The notes below the pieces were generated by a model. The model saw only the letters and a list, made by a program, of their open reading frames with translations. It had not been told where the DNA came from and searched no databases. Both the position numbers and the translations under genes were made by a program. A DNA stretch of 64,000 bases from a virus (Duplodnaviria; Heunggongvirae; Uroviricota; Caudoviricetes): positions 24,100-88,099 of the IMG/VR virus record IMGVR_UViG_3300031963_000058. One strand, 5' to 3'. Below, piece after piece: positions 55,181 through 63,836 of the stretch. Each line of letters opens with the position of its first letter. Position 1 is the first letter of the stretch.

Positions 55181-55495
55181 TTAAGCTATCGGGCGGCTAC
55201 GTACTACACAAATTATGACATTATCCACCTTCATTTGAAAGGTCTCTTCGACCCATCTTTTCAAAAGTATTTCAAAGTCATGCTTTTCAATGCGAAGATG
55301 TTTACAAATTTTCTCGCTGAATTCATAATAATAGTAAACATGACCAAATTTTTTATCAATTTCAACCTGAGTATATTCGCCATTTTTATAACGAAGATAC
55401 ACGTTACTCCCTTTCTTTCTTTTAATCACTTCCAGTTCATCAAACTTTCCATAAACCCATTTTTTTATTCTATTATAATATTGTTCTTTATCCAT
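55181..55495 (-). CDS. ~100-aa tandem array family, subfamily B, copy 3
   Basis: Contains MDKEQYYNRIKKWVYGKFDELEV...DFEILLKRWVEETFQMKV. The antisense ORF 55235..55501 is rejected. Confidence 0.6.
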   Translation of the reverse strand: MDKEQYYNRIKKWVYGKFDELEVIKRKKGSNVYLRYKNGEYTQVEIDKKFGHVYYYYEFSEKICKHLRIEKHDFEILLKRWVEETFQMKVDNVIICVVRSRPIA

Positions 55496-55517
55496 ATTTA
55501 AATATTTATACTGTTAA

Positions 55518-55835
55518 TTAGAATTTATCATCAACATCATACACCGTTGGAAGGGGGGAAATTACAGTCACCTTAATTTCAAGAATATCTTCAATATATG
55601 CACCCAGAATTATTTCAAAATCAATAATACCCATTGGAACCTTTTTAAGCAGATCGTTTGCGAATCCAATATAATAACAAACTAAGCCTGAACTTTTATG
55701 AATCCGGAGCTGAGGAAAATCATCATTCTTTTTATATAGGTATAAAGTACCTTCAGAGGTTTCAATTATGTACAGCTTATCAAGCTTGTTAGATAACCAA
55801 TTTTTTATTTTATTATAATATTGTTCTTTATCCAT
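55518..55835 (-). CDS. ~100-aa tandem array family, subfamily B, copy 4
   Basis: Contains MDKEQYYNKIKNWLSNKLDKL...DFEIILGAYIEDILEIKV. Confidence 0.6.
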   Translation of the reverse strand: MDKEQYYNKIKNWLSNKLDKLYIIETSEGTLYLYKKNDDFPQLRIHKSSGLVCYYIGFANDLLKKVPMGIIDFEIILGAYIEDILEIKVTVISPLPTVYDVDDKF

Positions 55836-55872
55836 GCCGTATTATTTATTATTAGCCATCACTTGAAAGGTA

Positions 55873-56190
55873 TCAATCAACAATGATTTCTCTTCCGACG
55901 ATCCTTTTAACCATTTTAGTTACCTTAATTTTAAATCTATCTTCAATCCATTTGCTCAGAATTATTTCAAAATCAGCCTCTTTCAAACGAATCCTGTTAA
56001 AAAATTTCTCACTAAACATATAATAATAAAAAACTATACCTGAATTTTTTTGAATTCGTATATCACAATATTTTTGATTTTTATATTTAAAAAATAAGTT
56101 ATTTCCATTAAGGCTTTCAATTACTTTCAGTTCATCAAACTTAATATAAAGCCATTTTTTTATTCTATCATAATATTCTTCTTTACTCAT
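55873..56190 (-). CDS. ~100-aa tandem array family, subfamily B, copy 5
   Basis: Contains MSKEEYYDRIKKWLYIKFDELKV...DFEIILSKWIEDRFKIKV. Confidence 0.6.
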   Translation of the reverse strand: MSKEEYYDRIKKWLYIKFDELKVIESLNGNNLFFKYKNQKYCDIRIQKNSGIVFYYYMFSEKFFNRIRLKEADFEIILSKWIEDRFKIKVTKMVKRIVGREIIVD

Positions 56191-56225
56191 ATTATTATAA
56201 TTTAACTTTTAGTTGAAAGGTTTTT

Positions 56226-56537
56226 TCAATAACATAATGTACCTGTATACCCCGGAATGATGGTGGCCACTTTCATTTTAAAGGTCTTTTTAATCCAATT
56301 GCTTAGAAGTGTTTCAAAGTCACGCTTTTGCAATCGAATCAGCTTAGAAATATTGTCCCTGAAAGCGGCATTATAGATAATTTGGTTGTATGTTTTTTCA
56401 ATACTGACCTGAATGTAAGCATTATCTTTGTAACGAAGGCATATTATTGTCCCATCGGAGCTTTCACTAACTTCCAGTTCATCAAACTTTCTGTATATCC
56501 AAATTTTTATTTTATTATAAAATTTTTCTTTATCCAT
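56226..56537 (-). CDS. ~100-aa tandem array family, subfamily B, copy 6
   Basis: Contains MDKEKFYNKIKIWIYRKFDELEV...DFETLLSNWIKKTFKMKV. The antisense ORF 56328..56543 is rejected. Confidence 0.6.
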   Translation of the reverse strand: MDKEKFYNKIKIWIYRKFDELEVSESSDGTIICLRYKDNAYIQVSIEKTYNQIIYNAAFRDNISKLIRLQKRDFETLLSNWIKKTFKMKVATIIPGYTGTLCY

Positions 56538-56548
56538 GATTAATTTAA

Positions 56549-56887
56549 TTAAATTTTCCTTTTGAATTTATGTTCAACAAACAGAACACGCACAACACCA
56601 ATAGACCGGATGTGAATAACATCTGTTTTAAACTTTTCTTCAACCCATCTGCCTAGGAGTATTTCGAAATCATTAGGATTCAAAGAAATTGGTTTAATAA
56701 TTTTATCCATAAAACCATTATAATACTGAATTATGCCACTATTTTTTCTAATTTTGATCTGAACTTGGTCATCATTTTTATAATGAAGATATATTGTGCT
56801 TCCATTATAACTTTCATATATATTCAGCCCATTGAACTTTTCATATATCCATTTTTTTATTTTATTATAATATTTTTCTTTATCCAT
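56549..56887 (-). CDS. ~100-aa tandem array family, subfamily B, copy 7
   Basis: Contains MDKEKYYNKIKKWIYEKFNGL...DFEILLGRWVEEKFKTDV. Confidence 0.6.
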   Translation of the reverse strand: MDKEKYYNKIKKWIYEKFNGLNIYESYNGSTIYLHYKNDDQVQIKIRKNSGIIQYYNGFMDKIIKPISLNPNDFEILLGRWVEEKFKTDVIHIRSIGVVRVLFVEHKFKRKI

Positions 56888-56930
56888 ATTATTTAAGTTT
56901 TATTTTGGAGGCATATTTAACGTTCATCAA

Positions 56931-57230
56931 CTATAAAAAGTATCTACCGGCCATGTCAGTAACCTTGATTTTAAATCTATCTTCAATCCATTCGCTCAGA
57001 AGGATATCAAAATCATCTCGTAGCAATCTAATAGGCTTACAAATTTTGTTTCTGTAGTCTGTATAATAGACTACATCGCCTAATTTTTTGTTAATTATGA
57101 TCTGAGTATATTTATTATTTTTATAACGAAGGCATATTGTGTCCTCACTATAAATTTTGTGTGGTTCAAGCTCATCAAACTTCCTGTACACCCAATTTTT
57201 TATTTTATTATAATACTCTTCTTTATCCAT
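56931..57230 (-). CDS. ~100-aa tandem array family, subfamily B, copy 8
   Basis: Contains MDKEEYYNKIKNWVYRKFDELE...DFDILLSEWIEDRFKIKV. Confidence 0.6.
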   Translation of the reverse strand: MDKEEYYNKIKNWVYRKFDELEPHKIYSEDTICLRYKNNKYTQIIINKKLGDVVYYTDYRNKICKPIRLLRDDFDILLSEWIEDRFKIKVTDMAGRYFL

Positions 57231-57259
57231 ATCATTTAAGTTTTATTTTGGAGGCATCT

Positions 57260-57574
57260 TCAACCAGAAAACACAACTTTAAAGTCAAATTCTGAGTTGC
57301 GTACAACCTTTATTTTTAAGGTATCTTCAACCCATCTGTTCAAAAGTATTTCAAAATCAACCACTTTCAAGTCAACCATTTTACAAATTTTTTGTCTGAA
57401 TTTATAGTAATTTAAAACACTACCAAATTCTTTTTGAATTATGACCTCAACATGACCTTCATTTTTATAATGAAGATATATAAGATTTCCGTTATTATGT
57501 TCAATCACTTCCAATTCATTAAACCTTTTATAAATGAATCTTTTTATTTTATTATAATATTCTTCTTTATCCAT
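57260..57574 (-). CDS. ~100-aa tandem array family, subfamily B, copy 9
   Basis: Contains MDKEEYYNKIKRFIYKRFNELEV...DFEILLNRWVEDTLKIKV. Confidence 0.6.
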   Translation of the reverse strand: MDKEEYYNKIKRFIYKRFNELEVIEHNNGNLIYLHYKNEGHVEVIIQKEFGSVLNYYKFRQKICKMVDLKVVDFEILLNRWVEDTLKIKVVRNSEFDFKVVFSG

Positions 57575-57575
57575 A

Positions 57576-57917
57576 TCATTTAAGTTTTATTTGGTTGGTA
57601 TTTTCAACCAACATTGATTGTTTCAGTGTCCGTACAGCGGTGCTGATCATTTTTATTTGAAAGGTATCTTCAACCCATTTGCTCAGAAGTATTTCAAAAT
57701 CAGTCTTTTCCAAACTAATTGTCTTACAAATTTTGTTTCTGAATCTAAAATAATAAAGAACCCTACCTGATTTTTTATTAATCTTGATTTGAGCGTATTC
57801 TTCATTTTTATAACGAAGATACAAATACTCTCCATTATTACGTTCAATCAGTTCCAATTCATTAAACCTTTTATAAATGAATCTTTTTATTTTATTATAA
57901 TACTTTTCTTTGCTCAT
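57576..57917 (-). CDS. ~100-aa tandem array family, subfamily B, copy 10
   Basis: Contains MSKEKYYNKIKRFIYKRFNELEL...DFEILLSKWVEDTFQIKM. The tail ends ...VENTNQIKLK, a second in-frame copy of the motif. Confidence 0.6.
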   Translation of the reverse strand: MSKEKYYNKIKRFIYKRFNELELIERNNGEYLYLRYKNEEYAQIKINKKSGRVLYYFRFRNKICKTISLEKTDFEILLSKWVEDTFQIKMISTAVRTLKQSMLVENTNQIKLK

Positions 57918-57929
57918 ATCATTGAATTT

Positions 57930-58259
57930 TTATTTCAAAGGTATGTACAACGTTGATGACAGCAGCACATTACATCTTTGGATAAGTATTTGTTTAATTT
58001 TAAAGGTATCTTCAATCCAGGCCCTTAAGATTATTTCAAAATCACGCTTTTCCAACTGAAATATCTTACAAATTTTGTCACTTAAAGTATAAGAATAGTA
58101 AACAAAATCTGATTTTTTATTAATTCGAATCTGAGCGTATTCTTCATTTTTATAACGAAGATACAAATTATTTCCTCTATTACGTTTAACCACTTCCAGT
58201 TCGTCAAACTTTCTGTAAATGATTTTTTTTATTTTACTATAATATTCTTCTTTGCTCAT
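57930..58259 (-). CDS. ~100-aa tandem array family, subfamily B, copy 11
   Basis: Contains MSKEEYYSKIKKIIYRKFDELEV...DFEIILRAWIEDTFKIKQ. The tail ends YIPLK, encoded by TACCTTTG. Confidence 0.6.
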   Translation of the reverse strand: MSKEEYYSKIKKIIYRKFDELEVVKRNRGNNLYLRYKNEEYAQIRINKKSDFVYYSYTLSDKICKIFQLEKRDFEIILRAWIEDTFKIKQILIQRCNVLLSSTLYIPLK

Positions 58260-58288
58260 ATCATTTAATTTTTATTTGAAAGGTATCT

Positions 58289-58603
58289 TCAACGAACAAG
58301 CCAATTAACACCAAAACTTCCTGAGGTGTAACTCACCTTCATTTGAAAGGTTTCTTCAACCCAGCTCTTCAAAAGTATTTCAAAATCAACCTGATTAATG
58401 CCAATCATATAACAAATTTTCTTCTTATATTCAGAATAATAGTATACTTCGCCAAATTTTTTATTAATTATGATTTCAGCATATTCGTTATTTTTATAAC
58501 GAAGATACAAAGTATTGCCATCATTACGTTTAACCACTTCCAGTACATCAAACTTTCTGTAGATGTACTTTTTTATTATATTATAATATTTTTCTTTTCT
58601 CAT
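58289..58603 (-). CDS. ~100-aa tandem array family, subfamily B, copy 12
   Basis: Contains MRKEKYYNIIKKYIYRKFDVLEV...DFEILLKSWVEETFQMKV. The antisense ORF 58343..58612 is rejected. Confidence 0.6.
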   Translation of the reverse strand: MRKEKYYNIIKKYIYRKFDVLEVVKRNDGNTLYLRYKNNEYAEIIINKKFGEVYYYSEYKKKICYMIGINQVDFEILLKSWVEETFQMKVSYTSGSFGVNWLVR

Positions 58604-58615
58604 ATCATTTAATTT

Positions 58616-58948
58616 TTATTTGGGAGGTATTTTTAACCTGATTGTGAATGACCCTGGAGACAAAATTAGGATATAGTTAACCTTAATTTTGAATTTATCT
58701 TCAACCCATCTGCTCAAAAGTATTTCAAAATCACGCTTTTCTATAGGGATTGGCTTAAGAATTTTGCTTCTAAATCTATAATAATAAATTACTTCACCTG
58801 AATTTCTTTTAACTAGGATCTTAGCATAATCATCATTTTTATACCGAAGATATATGTCGTTCCCATTATCACGTTCAATAACTTCTAATTCATTAAACTT
58901 TCTGTAAATGTACTTTTTTATTTTATTATAATATTTTTCTTTATTCAT
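58616..58948 (-). CDS. ~100-aa tandem array family, subfamily B, copy 13
   Basis: Contains MNKEKYYNKIKKYIYRKFNELEV...DFEILLSRWVEDKFKIKV. The tail ends LKIPPK. Confidence 0.6.
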   Translation of the reverse strand: MNKEKYYNKIKKYIYRKFNELEVIERDNGNDIYLRYKNDDYAKILVKRNSGEVIYYYRFRSKILKPIPIEKRDFEILLSRWVEDKFKIKVNYILILSPGSFTIRLKIPPK

Positions 58949-58949
58949 A

Positions 58950-59294
58950 TCAGTTATCTTTTAACCTGTAAGGTATTCTTAACGCGGTGATAGTCTTGTG
59001 TCCATCCCAGCCATAGATTTCATTAACTTTCATTTGAAATGTATCTTCAATAAATACCCTCAAAAGTATTTCAAAATCACGATTTTCTATAGGAATTGGC
59101 TTAATAATTTTGTTGCTAAACCCATAATAATAGATTAGTTCACCTACAGTTCTTTTAGCTCGGATCTCAGCATATTTTTCACCTTTATAATAAAGGTATA
59201 TCTCATTTCCATCACTACTTTCAAATACCTCCAGTTCCTCAAACTTTCTGTAAATGTATCTTTTTATTTTGCTGTAATAGTCTTCTTTACTCAT
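58950..59294 (-). CDS. ~100-aa tandem array family, subfamily B, copy 14
   Basis: Contains MSKEDYYSKIKRYIYRKFEELEV...DFEILLRVFIEDTFQMKV. Confidence 0.6.
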   Translation of the reverse strand: MSKEDYYSKIKRYIYRKFEELEVFESSDGNEIYLYYKGEKYAEIRAKRTVGELIYYYGFSNKIIKPIPIENRDFEILLRVFIEDTFQMKVNEIYGWDGHKTITALRIPYRLKDN

Positions 59295-59306
59295 ATCATT
59301 TAATTT

Positions 59307-59636
59307 TTATTTGGGAGGTTTCTTTAACTCTGTGGCGTTGCTCATATACTTGAGCCCGGTGTCATTAACTTTCATTTGAAAGGTATCTTCAACCCATCGC
59401 TTTAAAAGTATTTCAAAATCAACATTTTCCAATGCTATTGGTTTAATAATTTTATCTCTATATTTAGATTGATAGTAAATATAACCCGATTTTTTTTGAA
59501 TTAGGATCTGATCATATTTCGCATTGTTATAATGAAGAAATATATCGTTTCCAAGATTACGTTTGCTCACTTCCAGTTCGTCAAACTTTCTGTACACGAA
59601 TTTTTTTATTTTATTATAATACTGTTCTTTGCTCAT
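59307..59636 (-). CDS. ~100-aa tandem array family, subfamily B, copy 15
   Basis: Contains MSKEQYYNKIKKFVYRKFDELEV...DFEILLKRWVEDTFQMKV. The tail ends LKKPPK. Confidence 0.6.
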   Translation of the reverse strand: MSKEQYYNKIKKFVYRKFDELEVSKRNLGNDIFLHYNNAKYDQILIQKKSGYIYYQSKYRDKIIKPIALENVDFEILLKRWVEDTFQMKVNDTGLKYMSNATELKKPPK

Positions 59637-59714
59637 GTTATTTAAATTTTATTTGAAGGGTATCTTCAACCTGCAATATATTTGAGTACAGCCGCTGTAT
59701 GGTGTTGATCACCT

Positions 59715-60044
59715 TTATTTTAAAGGTATCTTCAACGGAAATTGGTGAACGAACCCGGTGCAATGGGTGTTGATCACCTTTATTTTAAAGGTATCTTCAA
59801 CCCATTTAGTTAGAAGTATTTCAAAATCATCCTGTTCCAACCGAATCATGTTATCAATTTTGTATCTGAATCTTCTAAAATAGTAAACCCAACCTGAGTT
59901 TTTATTGATCATGATTTGAGCGGAGTCACCATTTTTATAACGAAGATACAACTCATTTCGATTATTACGTTCAACCAATTCCAGTTCGTTAAACTTTCTA
60001 TAAACCAATCTTTTTATTTTATTATAATATTCTTCTTTTTTCAT
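59715..60044 (-). CDS. ~100-aa tandem array family, subfamily B, copy 16
   Basis: Contains MKKEEYYNKIKRLVYRKFNELEL...DFEILLTKWVEDTFKIKV. The tail ends LKIPLK. The antisense ORF 59916..60239 is rejected. Confidence 0.6.
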   Translation of the reverse strand: MKKEEYYNKIKRLVYRKFNELELVERNNRNELYLRYKNGDSAQIMINKNSGWVYYFRRFRYKIDNMIRLEQDDFEILLTKWVEDTFKIKVINTHCTGFVHQFPLKIPLK

Positions 60045-60056
60045 ATCATTAAAATT

Positions 60057-60380
60057 TTATTTGAAAGGAATCTCAAATCTGTCGAAGGTTTCTCCACCCT
60101 TAGAATAGATCTCATTAACCTTTATTTGAAGGGTATTTTCAATCCATCTGTACAGAAGTATTTCAAAATCACGTGTCTCCAACCGGGTTATATTAATAAT
60201 TTTCTTTTTAAATCCAGAATAATAGTAAACATAACCTAATTCTTTTCGAATTAGGATGTCGGCATAATCATCGTTTTTATAACGAAGATACACATAAGCT
60301 CCTTTATTAATCACTTCCAGTTCATCAAACTTTCTGTAAATGTACCTTTTTATTTTATTATAATACTGTTCTTTGCTCAT
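60057..60380 (-). CDS. ~100-aa tandem array family, subfamily B, copy 17
   Basis: Contains MSKEQYYNKIKRYIYRKFDELEV...DFEILLYRWIENTLQIKV. Confidence 0.6.
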   Translation of the reverse strand: MSKEQYYNKIKRYIYRKFDELEVINKGAYVYLRYKNDDYADILIRKELGYVYYYSGFKKKIINITRLETRDFEILLYRWIENTLQIKVNEIYSKGGETFDRFEIPFK

Positions 60381-60381
60381 G

Positions 60382-60726
60382 TTATCTAAATTTTATTTTA
60401 AAAGTATCTTCAACGACTAGCAGCACCTCTGCGTACTTTATCGCGTTGGCATTTTTCATCTTCATTTGAAATGTATCTTTAATCCATCTCTTCAATAGAA
60501 TTTCAAAATCACGTTTTTCCAACGGAACTATCTTATTAATTTTATCTCTGAATCCAGTATAGTAGGAAACTTTAAGTAAGCTTTTATTAACCACTATTTT
60601 AGCAAATTCAGCATGTTTGTAACGAAGATACAAATAATTTCCATCATTACTTTCGAATACCTCCAGTTCCTCAAACTTTCTGTAAATGTATCTTTTTATT
60701 TTGTTGTAATATTTTTCTTTACTCAT
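60382..60726 (-). CDS. ~100-aa tandem array family, subfamily B, copy 18
   Basis: Contains MSKEKYYNKIKRYIYRKFEELEV...DFEILLKRWIKDTFQMKM. Confidence 0.6.
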   Translation of the reverse strand: MSKEKYYNKIKRYIYRKFEELEVFESNDGNYLYLRYKHAEFAKIVVNKSLLKVSYYTGFRDKINKIVPLEKRDFEILLKRWIKDTFQMKMKNANAIKYAEVLLVVEDTFKIKFR

Positions 60727-60738
60727 GTCATTTAATTT

Positions 60739-61068
60739 TTATTTGGGTGGCATATTCAATGCTGCCATTGAAAGAAACTTCGATATCCAGACGCCGGTCA
60801 CTTTTATTTTAAATTTATCTTCAACCCATTTCTTCAAAAAAATTTTAAAATCAATCTCTTCAAACCGAAATATCTTATTAATTTTGTCTCTGAATCTTTT
60901 AGAATAGAAAACCCGACCTGAGTTTTTATAGATCACAATCTCCGCATAACCTTTGTTTTTATAACCAAAACACAAAATATTCCCATTATCACCTTCAGCC
61001 ACTTCCAGTTCATCAAACCTTCTGTAAACAAATCTTTTTATTTTACTATAATATTCCTTTTTGCTCAT
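60739..61068 (-). CDS. ~100-aa tandem array family, subfamily B, copy 19
   Basis: Contains MSKKEYYSKIKRFVYRRFDELEV...DFKIFLKKWVEDKFKIKV. The tail ...FLSMAALNMPPK is shared with copy 20. Confidence 0.6.
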   Translation of the reverse strand: MSKKEYYSKIKRFVYRRFDELEVAEGDNGNILCFGYKNKGYAEIVIYKNSGRVFYSKRFRDKINKIFRFEEIDFKIFLKKWVEDKFKIKVTGVWISKFLSMAALNMPPK

Positions 61069-61080
61069 ATCATTTAATTT

Positions 61081-61410
61081 TTATTTGGGAGGTATATTCA
61101 ATGCAGCCATTGAAAGAAACTTCGATCTCCAGATGCCGGTCACTTTTATTTGAAATTTATCTTCAACCCATTGCTCTAAAAGTATTTCAAAATCACGGTT
61201 TTCCAGCGGAATTTTCTTAAAAATTTTGTCTTTGAATCTATAATAATAGAAAACCCAACCCGAATTTTTTTCAATTACAATCTGAGCACGGTCAGGATTT
61301 TTATAATGAAGATAAACGTAAATTCCATCATTACGTTCGCTAACTTGCAGCGAATCAATTTCCCGATAAATGATATTTTTTATTCCTTTATATAACCTAT
61401 CTTTACTCAT
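61081..61410 (-). CDS. ~100-aa tandem array family, subfamily B, copy 20
   Basis: Contains MSKDRLYKGIKNIIYREIDSLQV...DFEILLEQWVEDKFQIKV. The tail is ...KFLSMAALNIPPK. Confidence 0.6.
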   Translation of the reverse strand: MSKDRLYKGIKNIIYREIDSLQVSERNDGIYVYLHYKNPDRAQIVIEKNSGWVFYYYRFKDKIFKKIPLENRDFEILLEQWVEDKFQIKVTGIWRSKFLSMAALNIPPK

Positions 61411-61415
61411 GTCAT

Positions 61416-61751
61416 TTAAGTTATTTTATTGGTATCTTCAACGAGCAGACCGCTCATGTAATCAATTTTAACAGTGAGCTCCACTTTTATTTGAAAAGTA
61501 TCTTGAACCCATCGTTCTAAAAGTATTTTAAAATCACGCGTTTCCAACTGAATGATATTACAAATTTTGTCTTTAAATTCATAATAATAAAAAATAAACC
61601 CAGTTGTTTTTCCGATTACGATCTGTGCATATTTATCATTTTTATAGCGAATATACAAATCATTGTTATGACTACTATGAATCACTTCCAGTTCGTCAAA
61701 CTTTCGGTAAACAAATCTTTTTATTTTACTATAATATTCTTCTTTGCTCAT
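61416..61751 (-). CDS. ~100-aa tandem array family, subfamily B, copy 21
   Basis: Contains MSKEEYYSKIKRFVYRKFDELEV...DFKILLERWVQDTFQIKV. Confidence 0.6.
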   Translation of the reverse strand: MSKEEYYSKIKRFVYRKFDELEVIHSSHNNDLYIRYKNDKYAQIVIGKTTGFIFYYYEFKDKICNIIQLETRDFKILLERWVQDTFQIKVELTVKIDYMSGLLVEDTNKIT

Positions 61752-61763
61752 GTTATCTAAATT

Positions 61764-62102
61764 TTATTTGAAAGGTATCTTCAACATCATATGCTCGATC
61801 ACGAGTACGCACTCATGGGTGTGATTCACCTTCATTTGAAAGGTATCTTCAACCCATCTGCCCAGAAGTATTTCAAAATCAACCTTTTCTAAATTAATTG
61901 TCATAAAAAATTTGTCACTAAGTTCATAGTTATAGTTATAGTATACTTCACCTGATTTTTTCTTAATTAGGATTTCAGCATATTCGTTATTTTTATAATG
62001 AAGATACAAGTCATTTCGTTTATTACGTTCAGTTACTTCCAGTTCATCAAACTTTCTGTAAACAAATCTTTTTATTTTACTATAATATTCTTCTTTGCTC
62101 AT
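61764..62102 (-). CDS. ~100-aa tandem array family, subfamily B, copy 22
   Basis: Contains MSKEEYYSKIKRFVYRKFDELEV...DFEILLGRWVEDTFQMKV. The tail ends LKIPFK. Confidence 0.6.
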   Translation of the reverse strand: MSKEEYYSKIKRFVYRKFDELEVTERNKRNDLYLHYKNNEYAEILIKKKSGEVYYNYNYELSDKFFMTINLEKVDFEILLGRWVEDTFQMKVNHTHECVLVIEHMMLKIPFK

Positions 62103-62131
62103 GTTACTTAGTTTTTATTTGGAAGGTATCT

Positions 62132-62446
62132 TCAATCAATGAGTATAATGGTGTATTTTTGGGGTATAATGTCGCTAACCTTAATTTGAAAGGTTTCTTC
62201 AATCCATTTGCCCAAAAGTATTTCAAAATCACTATTTTCCATATGAATTACCTTAATAAATTTGTTTCTAAAGTTACGATAATAGTAAACATTACCCGAT
62301 TTTATATTAATTCGGATCTGAGCATATGGTTCATTATTATAACGAAGAAACAAAGCATCGCCAAGATTACGTTCAACCACTTCCAATTCATTAAACTTTC
62401 GGTAAACAAATCTTTTTATTTTACTATAATACTCTTCTTTACTCAT
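62132..62446 (-). CDS. ~100-aa tandem array family, subfamily B, copy 23
   Basis: Contains MSKEEYYSKIKRFVYRKFNELEV...DFEILLGKWIEETFQIKV. The antisense ORF 62159..62467 is rejected. Confidence 0.6.
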   Translation of the reverse strand: MSKEEYYSKIKRFVYRKFNELEVVERNLGDALFLRYNNEPYAQIRINIKSGNVYYYRNFRNKFIKVIHMENSDFEILLGKWIEETFQIKVSDIIPQKYTIILID

Positions 62447-62450
62447 TTTA

Positions 62451-62789
62451 TTAAAATTTTATCTTAAAGTTATGTTCATCCATCGGGCTCCACCGTGAAA
62501 ACCTCATCTTGATATTGATCACCTTTATTTTAAATGTATCTTCAACCCATCTCTTCAAAAGAATTTCAAAATCAGTCTGTTCCAACCGAACTATCTTATT
62601 AATTTTATCTCTGAATTTAGTATAGTAGTAAACCAAACTAGATTTTTTATCAATCATGATTTGAACGAATTCGTCATTTTTGTGACGAAGATACAAATAA
62701 TTTCCTTTATCACGTTCAACCACTTCCAGTTCTTCAAACTTTCTGTAAATGAATATTTTTATTTTATTATAATACTGTTCTTTGCTCAT
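62451..62789 (-). CDS. ~100-aa tandem array family, subfamily B, copy 24
   Basis: Contains MSKEQYYNKIKIFIYRKFEELEV...DFEILLKRWVEDTFKIKV. Confidence 0.6.
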   Translation of the reverse strand: MSKEQYYNKIKIFIYRKFEELEVVERDKGNYLYLRHKNDEFVQIMIDKKSSLVYYYTKFRDKINKIVRLEQTDFEILLKRWVEDTFKIKVINIKMRFSRWSPMDEHNFKIKF

Positions 62790-62801
62790 GTTATCTAAAT
62801 T

Positions 62802-63134
62802 TTATTTTAAAGGTATTTTTAGCCAAGCACGTGATCGTGTTTTTTTGCCATGTAAGATTTGTTTTACCTTCACTTGAAAAGTATTTTCAATCCATTTGCT
62901 CAAAAATAACTCAAAATCAGTCGTTTCCAACGGGATTATTTTATACATTTTTTTACTTAACCTATAAGAGTAGTAAACCTTACCTGATTTTTTTTCAATT
63001 AATATCTGGGCATATATTTCATTATTATAACGAATATACAAAACATTTCCTTTATCACGTTCAACCACTTCCAGTTCTTCAAACTTTCTGTAAATGAATA
63101 TTTTTATTTTATTATAATACTGTTCTTTGCTCAT
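62802..63134 (-). CDS. ~100-aa tandem array family, subfamily B, copy 25
   Basis: N-terminal 22 aa are identical to copy 24 (MSKEQYYNKIKIFIYRKFEELEVVERDKGN). Continues ...DFELFLSKWIENTFQVKV and the tail ends LKIPLK. The antisense ORF 62831..63097 is rejected. Confidence 0.6.
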   Translation of the reverse strand: MSKEQYYNKIKIFIYRKFEELEVVERDKGNVLYIRYNNEIYAQILIEKKSGKVYYSYRLSKKMYKIIPLETTDFELFLSKWIENTFQVKVKQILHGKKTRSRAWLKIPLK

Positions 63135-63163
63135 GTTATATAAATTTTATTTGGGATGTATCT

Positions 63164-63478
63164 TCAAATTCGGTACCATGAATAATTACTGTACCACAGG
63201 GTATTGATCACTTTTATTTTAAAGGTATCTTCAACCCATCTATCCAAAAGAATTTCAAAATCACGCATTTTCAACGGAACCATCTTATTAATTTTATCTT
63301 TGAATCCAGTATAGTAGTAAACCAAACCTGAGTTTTTATCGATCACAATCTCAGCATAACCTTTGTTTTTATAACCAAGATACAAAAAATTTCCATTATT
63401 ACGGTCAATAACTTCCAGCTCATTAAACCTTTTATAAACGAATCTTTTTATTTTACTATAATATTCTTCTTTGCTCAT
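63164..63478 (-). CDS. ~100-aa tandem array family, subfamily B, copy 26
   Basis: Contains MSKEEYYSKIKRFVYKRFNELEV...DFEILLDRWVEDTFKIKV. Confidence 0.6.
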   Translation of the reverse strand: MSKEEYYSKIKRFVYKRFNELEVIDRNNGNFLYLGYKNKGYAEIVIDKNSGLVYYYTGFKDKINKMVPLKMRDFEILLDRWVEDTFKIKVINTLWYSNYSWYRI

Positions 63479-63490
63479 GTTATCTAAATT

Positions 63491-63820
63491 TTATTTAGTT
63501 GGTATCTTCAACCAACGAATCAGGTGGCTTGGGATTACAGCAGGGTGACTTACCTTAATTTGAAAGGTATTTTCAATCCATCCTTTCAAGAATATTTGAA
63601 AATCAGCATTTTCTAAACGAATTGTATAAAAAAATTTGTCTCTAAAATTATAATGATAGTATACTTCACCTGATTTTTTATTAATTAGGATATTTGCATA
63701 TTCACTATTTTTATAATGAAGATATATTTTCTTTCCATTAGTACTTTTGAATACCTCTAGTTCATCAAACTTTCTGTAAATTAATTTTTTTATTTTATTA
63801 TAATATTCTTCTTTGCTCAT
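63491..63820 (-). CDS. ~100-aa tandem array family, subfamily B, copy 27
   Basis: Contains MSKEEYYNKIKKLIYRKFDELEV...DFQIFLKGWIENTFQIKV. The tail ends LKIPTK. Confidence 0.6.
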   Translation of the reverse strand: MSKEEYYNKIKKLIYRKFDELEVFKSTNGKKIYLHYKNSEYANILINKKSGEVYYHYNFRDKFFYTIRLENADFQIFLKGWIENTFQIKVSHPAVIPSHLIRWLKIPTK

Positions 63821-63836
63821 ATCATTTAGTTTTTAT

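Noticed and set aside
255-62467. Antisense or overlapping short ORFs (e.g. 255..467, 1098..1319, 2185..2445, 2932..3165, 3443..3742, 4047..4229, 4986..5240, 7500..7691, 8582..8794, 10548..10760, 11165..11398, 11752..11943, 14837..15088, 15685..15996, 15894..16106, 16395..16601, 17750..17977, 20527..20709, 22714..22917, 26686..26967, 27563..27787, 27999..28196, 29583..29864, 30080..30307, 31605..31937, 33201..33410, 35392..35586, 38382..38591, 38631..38939, 39249..39449, 40581..40775, 43210..43392, 43412..43615, 44436..44642, 44780..44995, 45088..45315, 45234..45485, 48140..48589, 48827..49078, 49984..50316, 50371..50619, 53610..53798, 54023..54217, 54747..54950, 55235..55501, 56328..56543, 58343..58612, 59916..60239, 60725..60907, 62159..62467, 62831..63097)
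   Set aside because: Each is embedded in or antisense to a longer ORF with family support or motifs. AT-rich DNA generates long stop-free antisense frames, and the translations are low-complexity (F/I/L/K-rich).
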